Counted from the stretch's first letter, positions 1 to 9,165 are shown. The stretch is DNA of 64,000 nucleotides from Spirochaetia bacterium (GCA_038204425.1 JBBRCZ010000001.1:1-64000); one strand, 5' to 3'. The notes: generated from the sequence alone by a model not told the origin. A program made the numbers and translations.

Positions 1-65
1 GTGAAACGTCTTTGCGCCGATGGTACTGCATCTTGAAGGTGTGGGAGAGTAGGTCGTCGCCAGGC
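1..65 (+). rRNA. rrf: 5S rRNA, 3' half (truncated by window start)
   Basis: GTGAAACG..GCGCCGATGGTACTGC..GTGTGGGAGAGTAGGTCGTCGCCAGG matches the conserved 3' half of bacterial 5S rRNA. Confidence 0.93.
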
Positions 66-109
66 TTTTTTTTGCCCTAACGGCAACTAGGTTGCCTAGT
101 TAGGCAAAA
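63..109. repeat. 47-bp hairpin-forming direct repeat, copy 1
   Basis: GGC-T8-GCCCTAACGGCAACTAGGTTGCCTAGTTAGGCAAAA, identical to 172-218; internal arms TTTGCC/GGCAAA, TAAC/GTTA and GGCAAC/GTTGCC. Confidence 0.9.
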
Positions 110-124
110 TAAGCAAGCCTGGCT

Positions 125-182
125 AGCCAGAATCACGTACCGCAGGAGCGAAGGCGACGAGGAACGTGGTTGGCTTTTTTTT
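125..182 (+). terminator. Long hairpin + T8, probable rrn terminator
   Basis: AGCCA-GAATCACGT ... ACGTGGT-TGGCT followed by a T-run. Confidence 0.55.
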
Positions 183-218
183 GCCCTAACGGCAACTAGG
201 TTGCCTAGTTAGGCAAAA
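172..218. repeat. 47-bp hairpin-forming direct repeat, copy 2
   Basis: Identical to 63-109. Confidence 0.9.
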
Positions 219-263
219 AAATGGCTTAGAGCCGTGCACTTACGCGCCGTCTCTAAGCCATTT
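219..263. terminator. Inverted repeat AAATGGCTTAGA / TCTAAGCCATTT
   Basis: About 12-bp perfect arms between the rrn end and fliL. Confidence 0.5.
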
Positions 264-378
264 CTAATCTTGCCTTCCCGCATCTGAGGCCGCTGAGCGG
301 CAATTACAAAGACTTTTGCAATTGGCTCTTTTGAAAAATCCTGAATTGTCGATATAGAAGAGAGGAGTATTGCACGCT

Positions 379-936
379 ATGGCTGAAAAAGATGATGATT
401 TTCTTGATGGTGATGAGGTCGGTGCAGTTGATGCAAAAGAGGGTTCCAAGGGAAGACCAAAATTTGCATCGGCCATGCTCATGCAAATTCTCAAGTGGGT
501 CGCCATTGTTGTTGGTGCCATTCTCTTCATAATTACGGTAGTTGTAATAACCATAAATATTATGGGTGTTGGTAAAGAAGACAAGACTAGGATTGAGGAA
601 TCTCCCGAATACGCAGCTGTTGTGCCTGTTCTTTCTTGGTATGGTGAGGTCAAAGAACTTCGAGGTACAACCAACGACGATGTGCGACGAACCTACGTAG
701 TTAGCCCACAATTGGGATATACTGACAATGCTGCGGTTGTTAATGAATTAATTCTAAAAAAAGTTCAGATAACGGATATGCTTCTCAGCTGGTTCAGCGG
801 AAACAAGGCCGACTACTTACGTGATATTCGCAATCGTGAACAGATTAGAGAGACTTTAAAGGCCGAAATAAACAAAATGATGACTCTATCGATCGATGAT
901 GTGCGCTTTACCTCCTATCAGGTATTGGAGTTTTAA
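379..936 (+). CDS. fliL: Flagellar basal body-associated protein FliL
   Basis: Single N-terminal TM helix, position immediately before fliM; ATG 379 after GAGGAG (track start 370 is TTG). Confidence 0.85.
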   Translation: MAEKDDDFLDGDEVGAVDAKEGSKGRPKFASAMLMQILKWVAIVVGAILFIITVVVITINIMGVGKEDKTRIEESPEYAAVVPVLSWYGEVKELRGTTNDDVRRTYVVSPQLGYTDNAAVVNELILKKVQITDMLLSWFSGNKADYLRDIRNREQIRETLKAEINKMMTLSIDDVRFTSYQVLEF

Positions 937-999
937 GATTACTTGCATAAATTGTTGTCTTGTGCAAAATTGTAAGTTGGGAAAAAGGGGAACTATAAC

Positions 1000-2025
1000 A
1001 TGACCGAGACCTTGTCTCAGGACGAGATAGATCAACTTCTCAATGCTATATCCTCAGGTGAGATAAATTCTGAAGACGTTGCTCCGCAACAAGATCCTCG
1101 TAAGATCAAGATCTACGACTTTAAGCGCCCTGACAAATTTTCAAAAGAGCAGATAAGAACTGTGTCCATCATGCATGAAACTTTTGCTCGATTGACCACC
1201 ACAAGTTTGTCTGCTCAGCTTAGAAGTTTGGCGCAAGTGCACGTTGCATCGGTAGATCAGTTGACCTACGAAGAATTTATTCGATCTATTCCCAACCCTA
1301 CTACTTTGGCAATAATCAATATGGATCCTCTCAAAGGATCAGCTATTTTGGAAATCGACCCGGCAATTACCTTTTCAGTTATCGATCGTCTATTTGGCGG
1401 GCAAGGCGAAGGAACCAAGGTTACTCGTGACCTGACTGACATTGAAGCATCGGTTATGGAAGGCATAATTGTGCGAATTCTTGGCAATATGCGTGATGCT
1501 TGGACTCAGGTTATTGATTTACGACCTCGTTTGGGGCAAATTGAGACTAATCCACAGTTTGCGCAGATAGTTCCCCCGACTGAGATGGTTGTTCTGGTTA
1601 CGCTCGAAACCAAGGTTGGAGAAGTGGAAGGTATGATGAACTTCTGTATCCCCTACCTTACTATCGAACCGATTATCGGAAAACTCTCTGCACAGTACAT
1701 GTACTCGGCTATTCGTCGTGGCACCACAACTGAAAACTTAAACACCTTGAGAGAAAGGCTTTCTTCCATTGCTGTTGACGTAGTGGCCGAAATCGGCAAG
1801 ATGGAACTTACGATGCGTGAGGTGCTCTCTATTAGAGTCGGAGACGTGATAAGATTGCCCAATGTGAGGATTAATGATCCGATGGCATTGAATGTAGGAA
1901 ATAGAAAGAAGTTTATGTGTAAACCAGGACTGATGGGCAAGAAGCTTGCCGTGCAAATAGTACAAAAGCTCGAAGAAGTAGAACACCAAGAGTTTGAAGA
2001 GTTGACTGCGGAAGGAGACGAGTGA
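1000..2025 (+). CDS. fliM: Flagellar motor switch protein FliM
   Basis: LSQDEIDQLL CheY-binding peptide, YDFKRPDKFSKEQ, C-terminal SpoA domain. Confidence 0.97.
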   Translation: MTETLSQDEIDQLLNAISSGEINSEDVAPQQDPRKIKIYDFKRPDKFSKEQIRTVSIMHETFARLTTTSLSAQLRSLAQVHVASVDQLTYEEFIRSIPNPTTLAIINMDPLKGSAILEIDPAITFSVIDRLFGGQGEGTKVTRDLTDIEASVMEGIIVRILGNMRDAWTQVIDLRPRLGQIETNPQFAQIVPPTEMVVLVTLETKVGEVEGMMNFCIPYLTIEPIIGKLSAQYMYSAIRRGTTTENLNTLRERLSSIAVDVVAEIGKMELTMREVLSIRVGDVIRLPNVRINDPMALNVGNRKKFMCKPGLMGKKLAVQIVQKLEEVEHQEFEELTAEGDE

Positions 2026-3206
2026 TGATGATGAGTGAAGGTAGTGATGGATCCCTTTCGCAGGATGAGATTGATGCATTGCTTCAAGGTACCGGAGACA
2101 TGGATTTTGATGATGCATCGGCCTCCGCAAGTGAGAGTCTAGACAATCCACAGCTAGCTGCGTTTGCAGCTATAATGAACTCAACGGTTGAAAACCAAGC
2201 CTCTAATTTGGCCATGTTGGTTTCCAAAAGTGTTACCATCGGCATCCCGCAGGTAGATCAAGTCTCAAACAGTATGCTGGCAGAGGGAATGACTTTTGAT
2301 TTGGTTCAAATTAAAGTTAACATGCGCCAGGGACTGAGTGGTGAACACGGGTATATTCTTCCATCTGAAGTGGCATTGGCTATTGCCGGTCCTATGATGG
2401 GGCTCGACGGTGTGGAACTGAACGACGCTGCCATTAACGCTTTAGAAGAAGCCATGGGCAACATCAGTGGTCCGATTTTGACCGTTTTGGGAGACAAAAG
2501 CGGCAAAACAATAATGAATGACCCGCCGTCTGGTAAGCTTTCAAATGTTACTGACCTTGAACTTCCAGTTGGCAATCTGGTTAGAGTTGTCTATCCACTG
2601 ACTATCGACGGAGTACGAATCGGTACCTTTATCGAATATTACTCGGTTCCGATTGTTCAGGCGGTCACTGGACAAGTTCAACAAACCAATAATCCAGCTC
2701 AAAACAATGGCGGTGGTAATTTCCAGAATGCTCAAATGGGTAACCAAGGAAATTATAACCAGATGGGTAACCAAGGAAATTATAACCAGATGGGTAACCA
2801 AGGTAATTATAACCAGATGGGTAACCAAGGTAATTATAACCAGATGGGTAACCAAGGAAACTCCAACCAAATGGGCATGCCGAGTCAAAGTGTCCAGTCG
2901 GTTCAGTTTCCAAACTTCCAACAGGGTGGAACCGGTGGCATGGAACAAGGCAATATTGGTCTTCTCATGGACGTTTACATGGAAGTTACTGTTGAATTGG
3001 GCCGCACAAAGAAGCTTATTCGTGATATTCTCGGAATGGGCGAAGGTACTATCATAGAACTTGATAAACTCGCCGGTGAGCCGGTAGATATTTTGGTAAA
3101 TCACAAACTTATAGCCAAGGGTGAAGTGGTTGTTATTGATGAAAACTTTGGTGTACGTGTAACAGAAATAGTTTCGCCAGTTGAGAGAATGGGAACTATG
3201 TCTTAG
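2025..3206 (+). CDS. fliY: Flagellar motor switch protein FliY (CheC-like + FliN/SpoA domain)
   Basis: GSLSQDEIDALL, CheC-like middle, FliN domain VTVELGRT..IIELDKLAGEPVDILVN..GEVVVIDENFGVRV. Confidence 0.93.
   Translation: MMMSEGSDGSLSQDEIDALLQGTGDMDFDDASASASESLDNPQLAAFAAIMNSTVENQASNLAMLVSKSVTIGIPQVDQVSNSMLAEGMTFDLVQIKVNMRQGLSGEHGYILPSEVALAIAGPMMGLDGVELNDAAINALEEAMGNISGPILTVLGDKSGKTIMNDPPSGKLSNVTDLELPVGNLVRVVYPLTIDGVRIGTFIEYYSVPIVQAVTGQVQQTNNPAQNNGGGNFQNAQMGNQGNYNQMGNQGNYNQMGNQGNYNQMGNQGNYNQMGNQGNSNQMGMPSQSVQSVQFPNFQQGGTGGMEQGNIGLLMDVYMEVTVELGRTKKLIRDILGMGEGTIIELDKLAGEPVDILVNHKLIAKGEVVVIDENFGVRVTEIVSPVERMGTMS
2736..2870 (+). repeat. 5 x 27-bp coding tandem repeat (MGNQGNYNQ) in the FliY linker
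   Basis: ATGGGTAACCAAGG(A/T)AATTATAACCAG units at 2736, 2763, 2790, 2817 and a variant at 2844. Confidence 0.95.
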
Positions 3207-3252
3207 CGTTGCTTCGTGAGTGAGCAAAGGAACTGCAGAACCTTTGCTGACG

Positions 3253-3270
3253 TATAATAGGGGGGGGGGC
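3253..3270 (+). promoter_or_regulatory. TATAAT -10 box followed by a G10 homopolymer directly upstream of the fliO ATG
   Basis: TATAAT 3253-3258, G 3260-3269, ATG 3271; 8-bp inverted repeat AGCAAAGG/CCTTTGCT at 3223-3248. Confidence 0.55.
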
Positions 3271-3948
3271 ATGAATCGCACTATCTTGGGAATAGCCATT
3301 CTTGGTCTATCCCTTTTTTCGTTACAGGCACAAGCATCAGGCCCTATCGTAGAAGGCCGCGTTGTTGTCAGTGACTCTACAACTACAACTACAACTCTTG
3401 TTAATCCTGATGATCCAGCAATTCCTGAAGAGGGAGATTCTCAACCTGCACAAGTAGGTTCGATTGAAGCCTTTGGTATTTGGGATTTGCTACGCATGGT
3501 ATTGGTTCTTGGTTTGATTGCGGCTGCAGCATATGGAGCTCTGTTCTTCATCAAGAAAAACAAAAAACAAATCTTGCCCGAAACACAGTTAATCAGAATT
3601 CTTGGCAGTCAGGGACTTCCAGGTAATCGTTGGTTGCACCTTATTAATGTTCAAAAACAAGTCTTCTTGATAGGGTCGGCTGACAACGCTATTTCACTCA
3701 TTGCGGAAATACAAGATCAAGAATCAAAAGACGAAATTCAGATGCTCGCATCACAAGAAACTATCGAACCAAAAAAAGGGTTTGCTGAACTACTTGGAGG
3801 CATTCTGGGTGGCATTTCGGGCAGTGGAAACAAAGCTGACAGTAGCGAAGGCGGAAAGAAACCAGGTTCTGGCAAGAAAGCATCAACAAACAACGATGCG
3901 TTTTCCTTTATGCAGACACAAAAGAAGCGCCTTAAGGATCTACCATGA
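3271..3948 (+). CDS. fliO: Flagellar biosynthesis protein FliO (spirochaete FliZ)
   Basis: Signal peptide, TM helix, IRILGSQGLPGNRWLHLINV..LIGSADNAISLI; lies between fliY and fliP. Confidence 0.85.
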   Translation: MNRTILGIAILGLSLFSLQAQASGPIVEGRVVVSDSTTTTTTLVNPDDPAIPEEGDSQPAQVGSIEAFGIWDLLRMVLVLGLIAAAAYGALFFIKKNKKQILPETQLIRILGSQGLPGNRWLHLINVQKQVFLIGSADNAISLIAEIQDQESKDEIQMLASQETIEPKKGFAELLGGILGGISGSGNKADSSEGGKKPGSGKKASTNNDAFSFMQTQKKRLKDLP

Positions 3949-4772
3949 GAAGCGAGAAACCCATTAAATCTGGTCTTCGTTCTAAAGTTTTGCTCTGTCT
4001 TTTCTTGACGATTTTAGTCTCTCCGGTAACTTTGCTGGCACAGTCGAGTCCAGGGGTGATTAGGGATCGACAAGGTGGCCAAGTGCTCAACCAAATTCCT
4101 TTTATTGATTTGACCGTGCGTAATCCCCAAAATAACCAAGAAGTGGCACTATCGGTGCAATTGCTTTTGGTTCTTTCGGTCTTAAGCCTAGCTCCGAGCA
4201 TCATAGTAATGATGACTGCATTCTTGCGCATTAGCATCGTGATGGACTTTGTAAAGAGAGCGCTATCGTTGCAGTCTGTCCCACCTACGCAAGTTTTGCT
4301 TGGAATCTCATTGTTTCTGACCATATTTATTATGTGGCCGACCATAAACACTATCTATACCACTGCATACAAACCTTTCTCTGATGGAGATATGGGAATA
4401 GAAGAAGCATACCAGAACTTTGAAAAGCCAGTTAGACTGTTTATGTACAGGCAGATGGTTAATGATCCTGATAGTATTCGACTTTTCATGCGCATGAGTA
4501 ATTTGCCTCGCCCTAAAACACTATCCGATGTACCTACCTATGTACTTATTCCAGCTTTCATTCTTCACGAAATGACTGTCGCTTTTAAGATAGGCATTCT
4601 TTTGTTTATACCCTTTATTATTATTGATATGGTGATTTCTAGTATTCTGATGTCTATGGGCATGATGATGTTGCCGCCAGTGATGATTAGTATGCCGTTT
4701 AAGTTAATTTTGTTCGTTCTTGTAGATGGATGGACTCTGTTGACCCAACAGTTGGTCGCAAGTTTTAGGTAA
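3945..4772 (+). CDS. fliP: Flagellar export gate FliP
   Basis: LSLAPSI..MTAFLRISIV, GMMMLPPVMISMPFKLILFVLVDGW. Confidence 0.97.
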   Translation: MRSEKPIKSGLRSKVLLCLFLTILVSPVTLLAQSSPGVIRDRQGGQVLNQIPFIDLTVRNPQNNQEVALSVQLLLVLSVLSLAPSIIVMMTAFLRISIVMDFVKRALSLQSVPPTQVLLGISLFLTIFIMWPTINTIYTTAYKPFSDGDMGIEEAYQNFEKPVRLFMYRQMVNDPDSIRLFMRMSNLPRPKTLSDVPTYVLIPAFILHEMTVAFKIGILLFIPFIIIDMVISSILMSMGMMMLPPVMISMPFKLILFVLVDGWTLLTQQLVASFR

Positions 4773-4783
4773 GGAGGCGAGAG

Positions 4784-5053
4784 ATGGATTTTGGTTCAGC
4801 AGTATCAATTATGCGTTCGGCAATATTTCAGGTGCTCATCTTGTCAGCGCCTGTTTTGATCGTGAGCTTGGTGGTGGGACTAGTTATTTCTATTTTTCAA
4901 GCAACTACCAGCATACAGGAACAAACACTTAGCTTTGTTCCCAAGCTGGTTGCTATAATGTTGGCTTTAATGTTCTTGGGCCCTTGGATGTTGGGTACTC
5001 TGTCTAACTACACGAGGGAACTGTTTCGGCAGATTCCTTCGATAGCGAGTTAG
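4784..5053 (+). CDS. fliQ: Flagellar export gate FliQ
   Basis: GLVISIFQATTSIQEQTLSFVPK. Confidence 0.97.
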   Translation: MDFGSAVSIMRSAIFQVLILSAPVLIVSLVVGLVISIFQATTSIQEQTLSFVPKLVAIMLALMFLGPWMLGTLSNYTRELFRQIPSIAS

Positions 5054-5066
5054 GTATAACAAGTCA

Positions 5067-5894
5067 ATGTATTGGTTAGATCTGGCTGACAACGCGCAAC
5101 TATTTTTTTTACTCTTTGCCAGAATTATGAGTTTGATAATGATAGCGCCGATTATTTCAAGTGAAGCCATCCCCTCGATTGCCAAAGTAGGTCTTGCATT
5201 TTTAGTCGCAGCAGGCATTTATCCTTGGGCGTCTAAGCTTGGTTTTGTAATTCCTCAAGATGTCATGGCTTATGTTTTGCTTTTAATTGGCGAAATATTT
5301 ATTGGCATCATCATTGGCTTCTTTTTTCAATTGATCTATTCTGGCTTTCAAACAGCGGGGCAGTTTTTTAGTCTACAAATGGGGTTCGGCGCTTCGGAGG
5401 TATTTGATCCATTGTCAAACGAAGAACTTCCGTTGCTGGGCCAGTTTTTTAATCTGATTGCGATGTATGTTTTTTTGGCAAGCGCTGGTATGCAAAAAAT
5501 GTTTTTACACGGCGTATATGGCTCTTTCTTAGCACTTAAGGCACAAGATCTTGCATCTAGTAGCTCGATTTTGTCCTTATATTTTGTTGGGGCACTCGGG
5601 AGGCTCTTTACCCAGGCCTTTATGTTGGCCTTGCCAATAGTAGGTTCGCTCTTTTTGATTTCAATAGGCATGGGGCTTTTGTCTAAAGCTGCTCCGCAAA
5701 TGAACTTGCTATCGATGGGTTTTCCGATCAACTTGTTGGTTGCCTTTGCTTTGATGGTTTTTATTCTGCCTAATTTGATGGGGACCTTTTCAGGCATTGT
5801 CGACGATAGCTTTAAGCTGCTGGATGATTTGTTCCGCAACATGGCCGGACAAGTTCCTTCGTCAAGAGTACCTGTGCCAGGAGGTCAGCCGTGA
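5067..5894 (+). CDS. fliR: Flagellar export gate FliR
   Basis: Polytopic; AGQFFSLQMGFG, KAAPQMNLLSMGFP. Confidence 0.96.
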   Translation: MYWLDLADNAQLFFLLFARIMSLIMIAPIISSEAIPSIAKVGLAFLVAAGIYPWASKLGFVIPQDVMAYVLLLIGEIFIGIIIGFFFQLIYSGFQTAGQFFSLQMGFGASEVFDPLSNEELPLLGQFFNLIAMYVFLASAGMQKMFLHGVYGSFLALKAQDLASSSSILSLYFVGALGRLFTQAFMLALPIVGSLFLISIGMGLLSKAAPQMNLLSMGFPINLLVAFALMVFILPNLMGTFSGIVDDSFKLLDDLFRNMAGQVPSSRVPVPGGQP

Positions 5895-7036
5895 CGGGCC
5901 GCCAAGTACTTGAACGGGAAAAGCTTCAAGAGCAGCTGATCTTGATGCACCTTCAATGGTTTGCCGCTGAAGACGAAGGTCGAACCGAAGATCCCACCGA
6001 ACACAAAATAAAGAAAGCTCGTGAAGAAGGTCGTGTACCCAAGAGTCAAGATTTGACCGCAACAATCGTGCTCCTGCTGACAACAATTGGACTTGGAATT
6101 TTTGGTGCTTGGTTGCTCGAGACTATGGCCAACATGCTTAGATTTTTTTTGAGTCAAAGTACTCAATATGACCCGGTAAATGATCGCGGAATTATGCAAG
6201 CCTTTATTTCTTGGTTTTTTCAATTGTCCATGCCGCTGCTACTCGTTGCGATGTTAGGAGGTTTCCTGGGGGATTTTATGCAAGTTGGCTTTAAGTTTAC
6301 CACAAAGCCGCTCAAGCCTGACTTTAAGAGAATAATGCCTAAATTTGGCGAATATATTAAGCGAAGCATTCTTGGTACAGAGGCCATCTATAATCTCGGA
6401 AAGTCATTCGTCAAAATCGGTATCCTTGTTGTTATTGTATTTATCAATATACAGGGTAACCTCAATTTATTGCTAAACCTCAACAAACGGACAGTGCTCG
6501 CCGGTGTTGGCTTTGTATCCGGGCTTGTTTGGCAGGTCCTTCTCCAGTCTTCCATCGCTCTTTTGGCTTTGGCCTTGTTTGATTGGTGGTTTCAACGAAG
6601 ACAATTCAAAGAATCGCTCAAAATGACCAAGCAGGAAATCAAAGAGGAACGAAAAAGCTATGAGGGAGATCCACTGGTCAGGAATAGACTCAAGCAGAGA
6701 ATGCGCGAAATCCTCAACCAAAACATGATTCGCAATGTGCCTAAGGCCGACGTGGTAATTACAAATCCTACTCATTATGCGGTTGCTATGGAGTACAAAA
6801 AAGACAGCATGCAAGCGCCTACCGTTATTGCAAAGGGGCAGGATTTAATTGCCCAGCGTATTAAGGAAGTTGCTCGCGAAAATGGTATAGCTATAATCGA
6901 AAACAAGCCACTTGCACGAGCTCTTTTTGCTGAAGTCGAAATTGGGGATGTTATTCCAGATCGTTTTTATGAAGCGGTGGTTGTTGTTCTTAAAGAAGTT
7001 TACCGAATCAAGCGCAGGGAAAGGGAGGCTGTTTAG
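5891..7036 (+). CDS. flhB: Flagellar export switch FlhB
   Basis: RTEDPTEHKIKKAREEG, NPTH autocleavage motif. Confidence 0.97.
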   Translation: MTGRQVLEREKLQEQLILMHLQWFAAEDEGRTEDPTEHKIKKAREEGRVPKSQDLTATIVLLLTTIGLGIFGAWLLETMANMLRFFLSQSTQYDPVNDRGIMQAFISWFFQLSMPLLLVAMLGGFLGDFMQVGFKFTTKPLKPDFKRIMPKFGEYIKRSILGTEAIYNLGKSFVKIGILVVIVFINIQGNLNLLLNLNKRTVLAGVGFVSGLVWQVLLQSSIALLALALFDWWFQRRQFKESLKMTKQEIKEERKSYEGDPLVRNRLKQRMREILNQNMIRNVPKADVVITNPTHYAVAMEYKKDSMQAPTVIAKGQDLIAQRIKEVARENGIAIIENKPLARALFAEVEIGDVIPDRFYEAVVVVLKEVYRIKRREREAV

Positions 7037-7039
7037 TAT

Positions 7040-9160
7040 ATGTCAGATCTTTCCAAAATTTTGGGTTCAAGTTTGCTCAAACAAAGGGGCGACGTCGCGG
7101 TGGCAATTGGTGTCATCATGGTTGTGATAATGCTTATCCTACCAATGCCGACGATTTTGTTGGACCTTTTTCAAGCCGTCAACCTGGTAGTGGCGTTGCT
7201 TATACTATTGATTGTACTGTCAGTTAAGCGTGCGCTAGAGTTTAGTATTTTTCCGACCATGCTACTGATTTCTACGGTTTTTAGTTTGGCCCTAAACGTC
7301 TCCTCGACTCGCTTGATCCTTGGACAAGGTTCAGACTTTGATGGTCGACTCGTGCGCAGTTTTGGTACTTTCGTTGTCGGCTCTAGTGGCAACGAAGGTT
7401 TGGTGATAGGCATAATTATTTATATAATTATTGTTGCCGTGCAATTTTTGGTTATTACCAAAGGCGCCACCCGCGTTGCAGAAGTTGCTGCTCGTTTTAC
7501 CCTTGACGCATTGCCAGGTAAGCAGATGGCTATTGATCAAGAGTACTCATCGGGTTTTATCGGCGAGGAAGAAGCCCAAAAGAAGAAGGCAGACCTTCAA
7601 CGCGAAGTTGACTTCTATGGCCAAATGGATGGTGCTTCTAAGTTTGTCTCGGGCAACGTTACTATTGGTATTCTGATCACTTTGATTAATATTATTGGTG
7701 GAATGATCATAGGCATGACAATCCACGGCGAGGATTTAACGGTTGCCGTAAATACCTACGTTAACTTAACAGTTGGCGACGGTTTGGTGAGTCAGTTGCC
7801 TGCCTTGTTGATTTCTGTTGCCACGGGTTTGATAGTTACTCGTTCGGGCTCGGACGGCACGCTCGGCCAAGATGTAACGGCGCAGTTTAGTCAGCAAAGT
7901 AGAATATACTTCATCGGTGCGGCTTTTGTTGCTGGTATGGGATTATTGCCCGGTTTTCCTTGGTATATTCTGTTTCCCATGGCTGCTGGATTGGCTTACC
8001 TCGGTTTTAGATTGGGAAAAAAACAGATGGCTGAAGAAGAAAAGATTGCAGCCGCAAACGGTGAGGACGGTAGAGTTGCCGGTGGAAAGCAAAATGAAGG
8101 TTCAAAACCCAAAGATCCAGGGGATATCTCACCTGTCGCTCCGCTCGACCCAATCAGTATTGAACTTGGCTACGGACTAGTACCTTTGGTAGACAAAGAC
8201 CAAGGAGCAGAACTATTGGAGCGAATTACCAAAATTCGACGTGAAGCAGCCTTGGATCTGGGATTGGTGGTGCCGAGAATACGTATCATAGATAACATGC
8301 GACTCGAACCGACCGAATACTGCATGAAAATTCGTGGCGTGGAGCTTGGCAAAGGTTCTTTGCGCTTAGGAAGCTTTATGTGTATCAACCCAGGCAGTGC
8401 AAAAGAGGAAATCGCTGGAGAAAAAACCCGCGACCCTGCTTTTGGTCTACCTGCTTTGTGGATCAATGATGACCAACGCGAAAAAGCCGAACGACTCGGC
8501 TATACGGTAGTTGATCCTCCCTCGATTATAGCAACCCATCTCAACGAAGTAATCAAACGCAACGCCGCTGAAATCCTGGGTCGACAAGAAGTCAAAACTA
8601 TACTTGATGCACTCAAAAAGGACTATCCAGCTGTGGTTGACGATGTGCAGCAAAGCCTTGGTACCGGTGAGATTCAGAAAGTGCTACAAAATTTACTGCG
8701 CGAACAAGTCAGTATCAGAAACATGGTTACTATTCTTGAATGCTTAGGTGACTTTGGTAAGATCACTAAAGAAGTCTCCTTCTTGACCGAAAAAGTTAGA
8801 CAAGCTTTGGGCCGCCAGATTTGTATGCAATATGTTGATGATGATAAGCTTCTTCATGTGCTTACGATCGATCCAGATTTAGAACAACAAATAATTGATT
8901 CTCGTGTAGACACGTCGGCTGGCTTGGTTGCAGCGCTTGCCCCAGATGTGATGAGAAAGTACGTTACGGCGGTTCGTAACACGGTAAAACACGTCCAGGA
9001 TCAAGGCTACTTCCCTGTCATTGTTACCCAAGAGGCATCGAGACCCTTGGTTAAGTCCAGTATAGTCCGTGAACTACCCGACGTAGTTGTACTTTCTATT
9101 TCTGAGTTGGTAAATGATGTGAGAATTGAAGGCATTGGAGAAATTAGAATAGATGGGTAA
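7040..9160 (+). CDS. flhA: Flagellar export protein FlhA
   Basis: FHIPEP motif RVAEVAARFTLDALPGKQMAID, DFYGQMDGASKFV. Confidence 0.98.
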   Translation: MSDLSKILGSSLLKQRGDVAVAIGVIMVVIMLILPMPTILLDLFQAVNLVVALLILLIVLSVKRALEFSIFPTMLLISTVFSLALNVSSTRLILGQGSDFDGRLVRSFGTFVVGSSGNEGLVIGIIIYIIIVAVQFLVITKGATRVAEVAARFTLDALPGKQMAIDQEYSSGFIGEEEAQKKKADLQREVDFYGQMDGASKFVSGNVTIGILITLINIIGGMIIGMTIHGEDLTVAVNTYVNLTVGDGLVSQLPALLISVATGLIVTRSGSDGTLGQDVTAQFSQQSRIYFIGAAFVAGMGLLPGFPWYILFPMAAGLAYLGFRLGKKQMAEEEKIAAANGEDGRVAGGKQNEGSKPKDPGDISPVAPLDPISIELGYGLVPLVDKDQGAELLERITKIRREAALDLGLVVPRIRIIDNMRLEPTEYCMKIRGVELGKGSLRLGSFMCINPGSAKEEIAGEKTRDPAFGLPALWINDDQREKAERLGYTVVDPPSIIATHLNEVIKRNAAEILGRQEVKTILDALKKDYPAVVDDVQQSLGTGEIQKVLQNLLREQVSIRNMVTILECLGDFGKITKEVSFLTEKVRQALGRQICMQYVDDDKLLHVLTIDPDLEQQIIDSRVDTSAGLVAALAPDVMRKYVTAVRNTVKHVQDQGYFPVIVTQEASRPLVKSSIVRELPDVVVLSISELVNDVRIEGIGEIRIDG

Positions 9161-9165
9161 GGTAC

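Noticed and set aside
63..218. CRISPR array (palindromic repeat-spacer-repeat)
   Set aside because: Only two 47-bp copies, a 62-bp self-folding spacer, no cas genes, and a position at an rRNA 3' end.
2541..3299. Long antisense and alternate-frame ORFs over fliY (252, 134 and 82 aa)
   Set aside because: By-products of the stop-free 27-bp tandem repeat; no independent coding signal.
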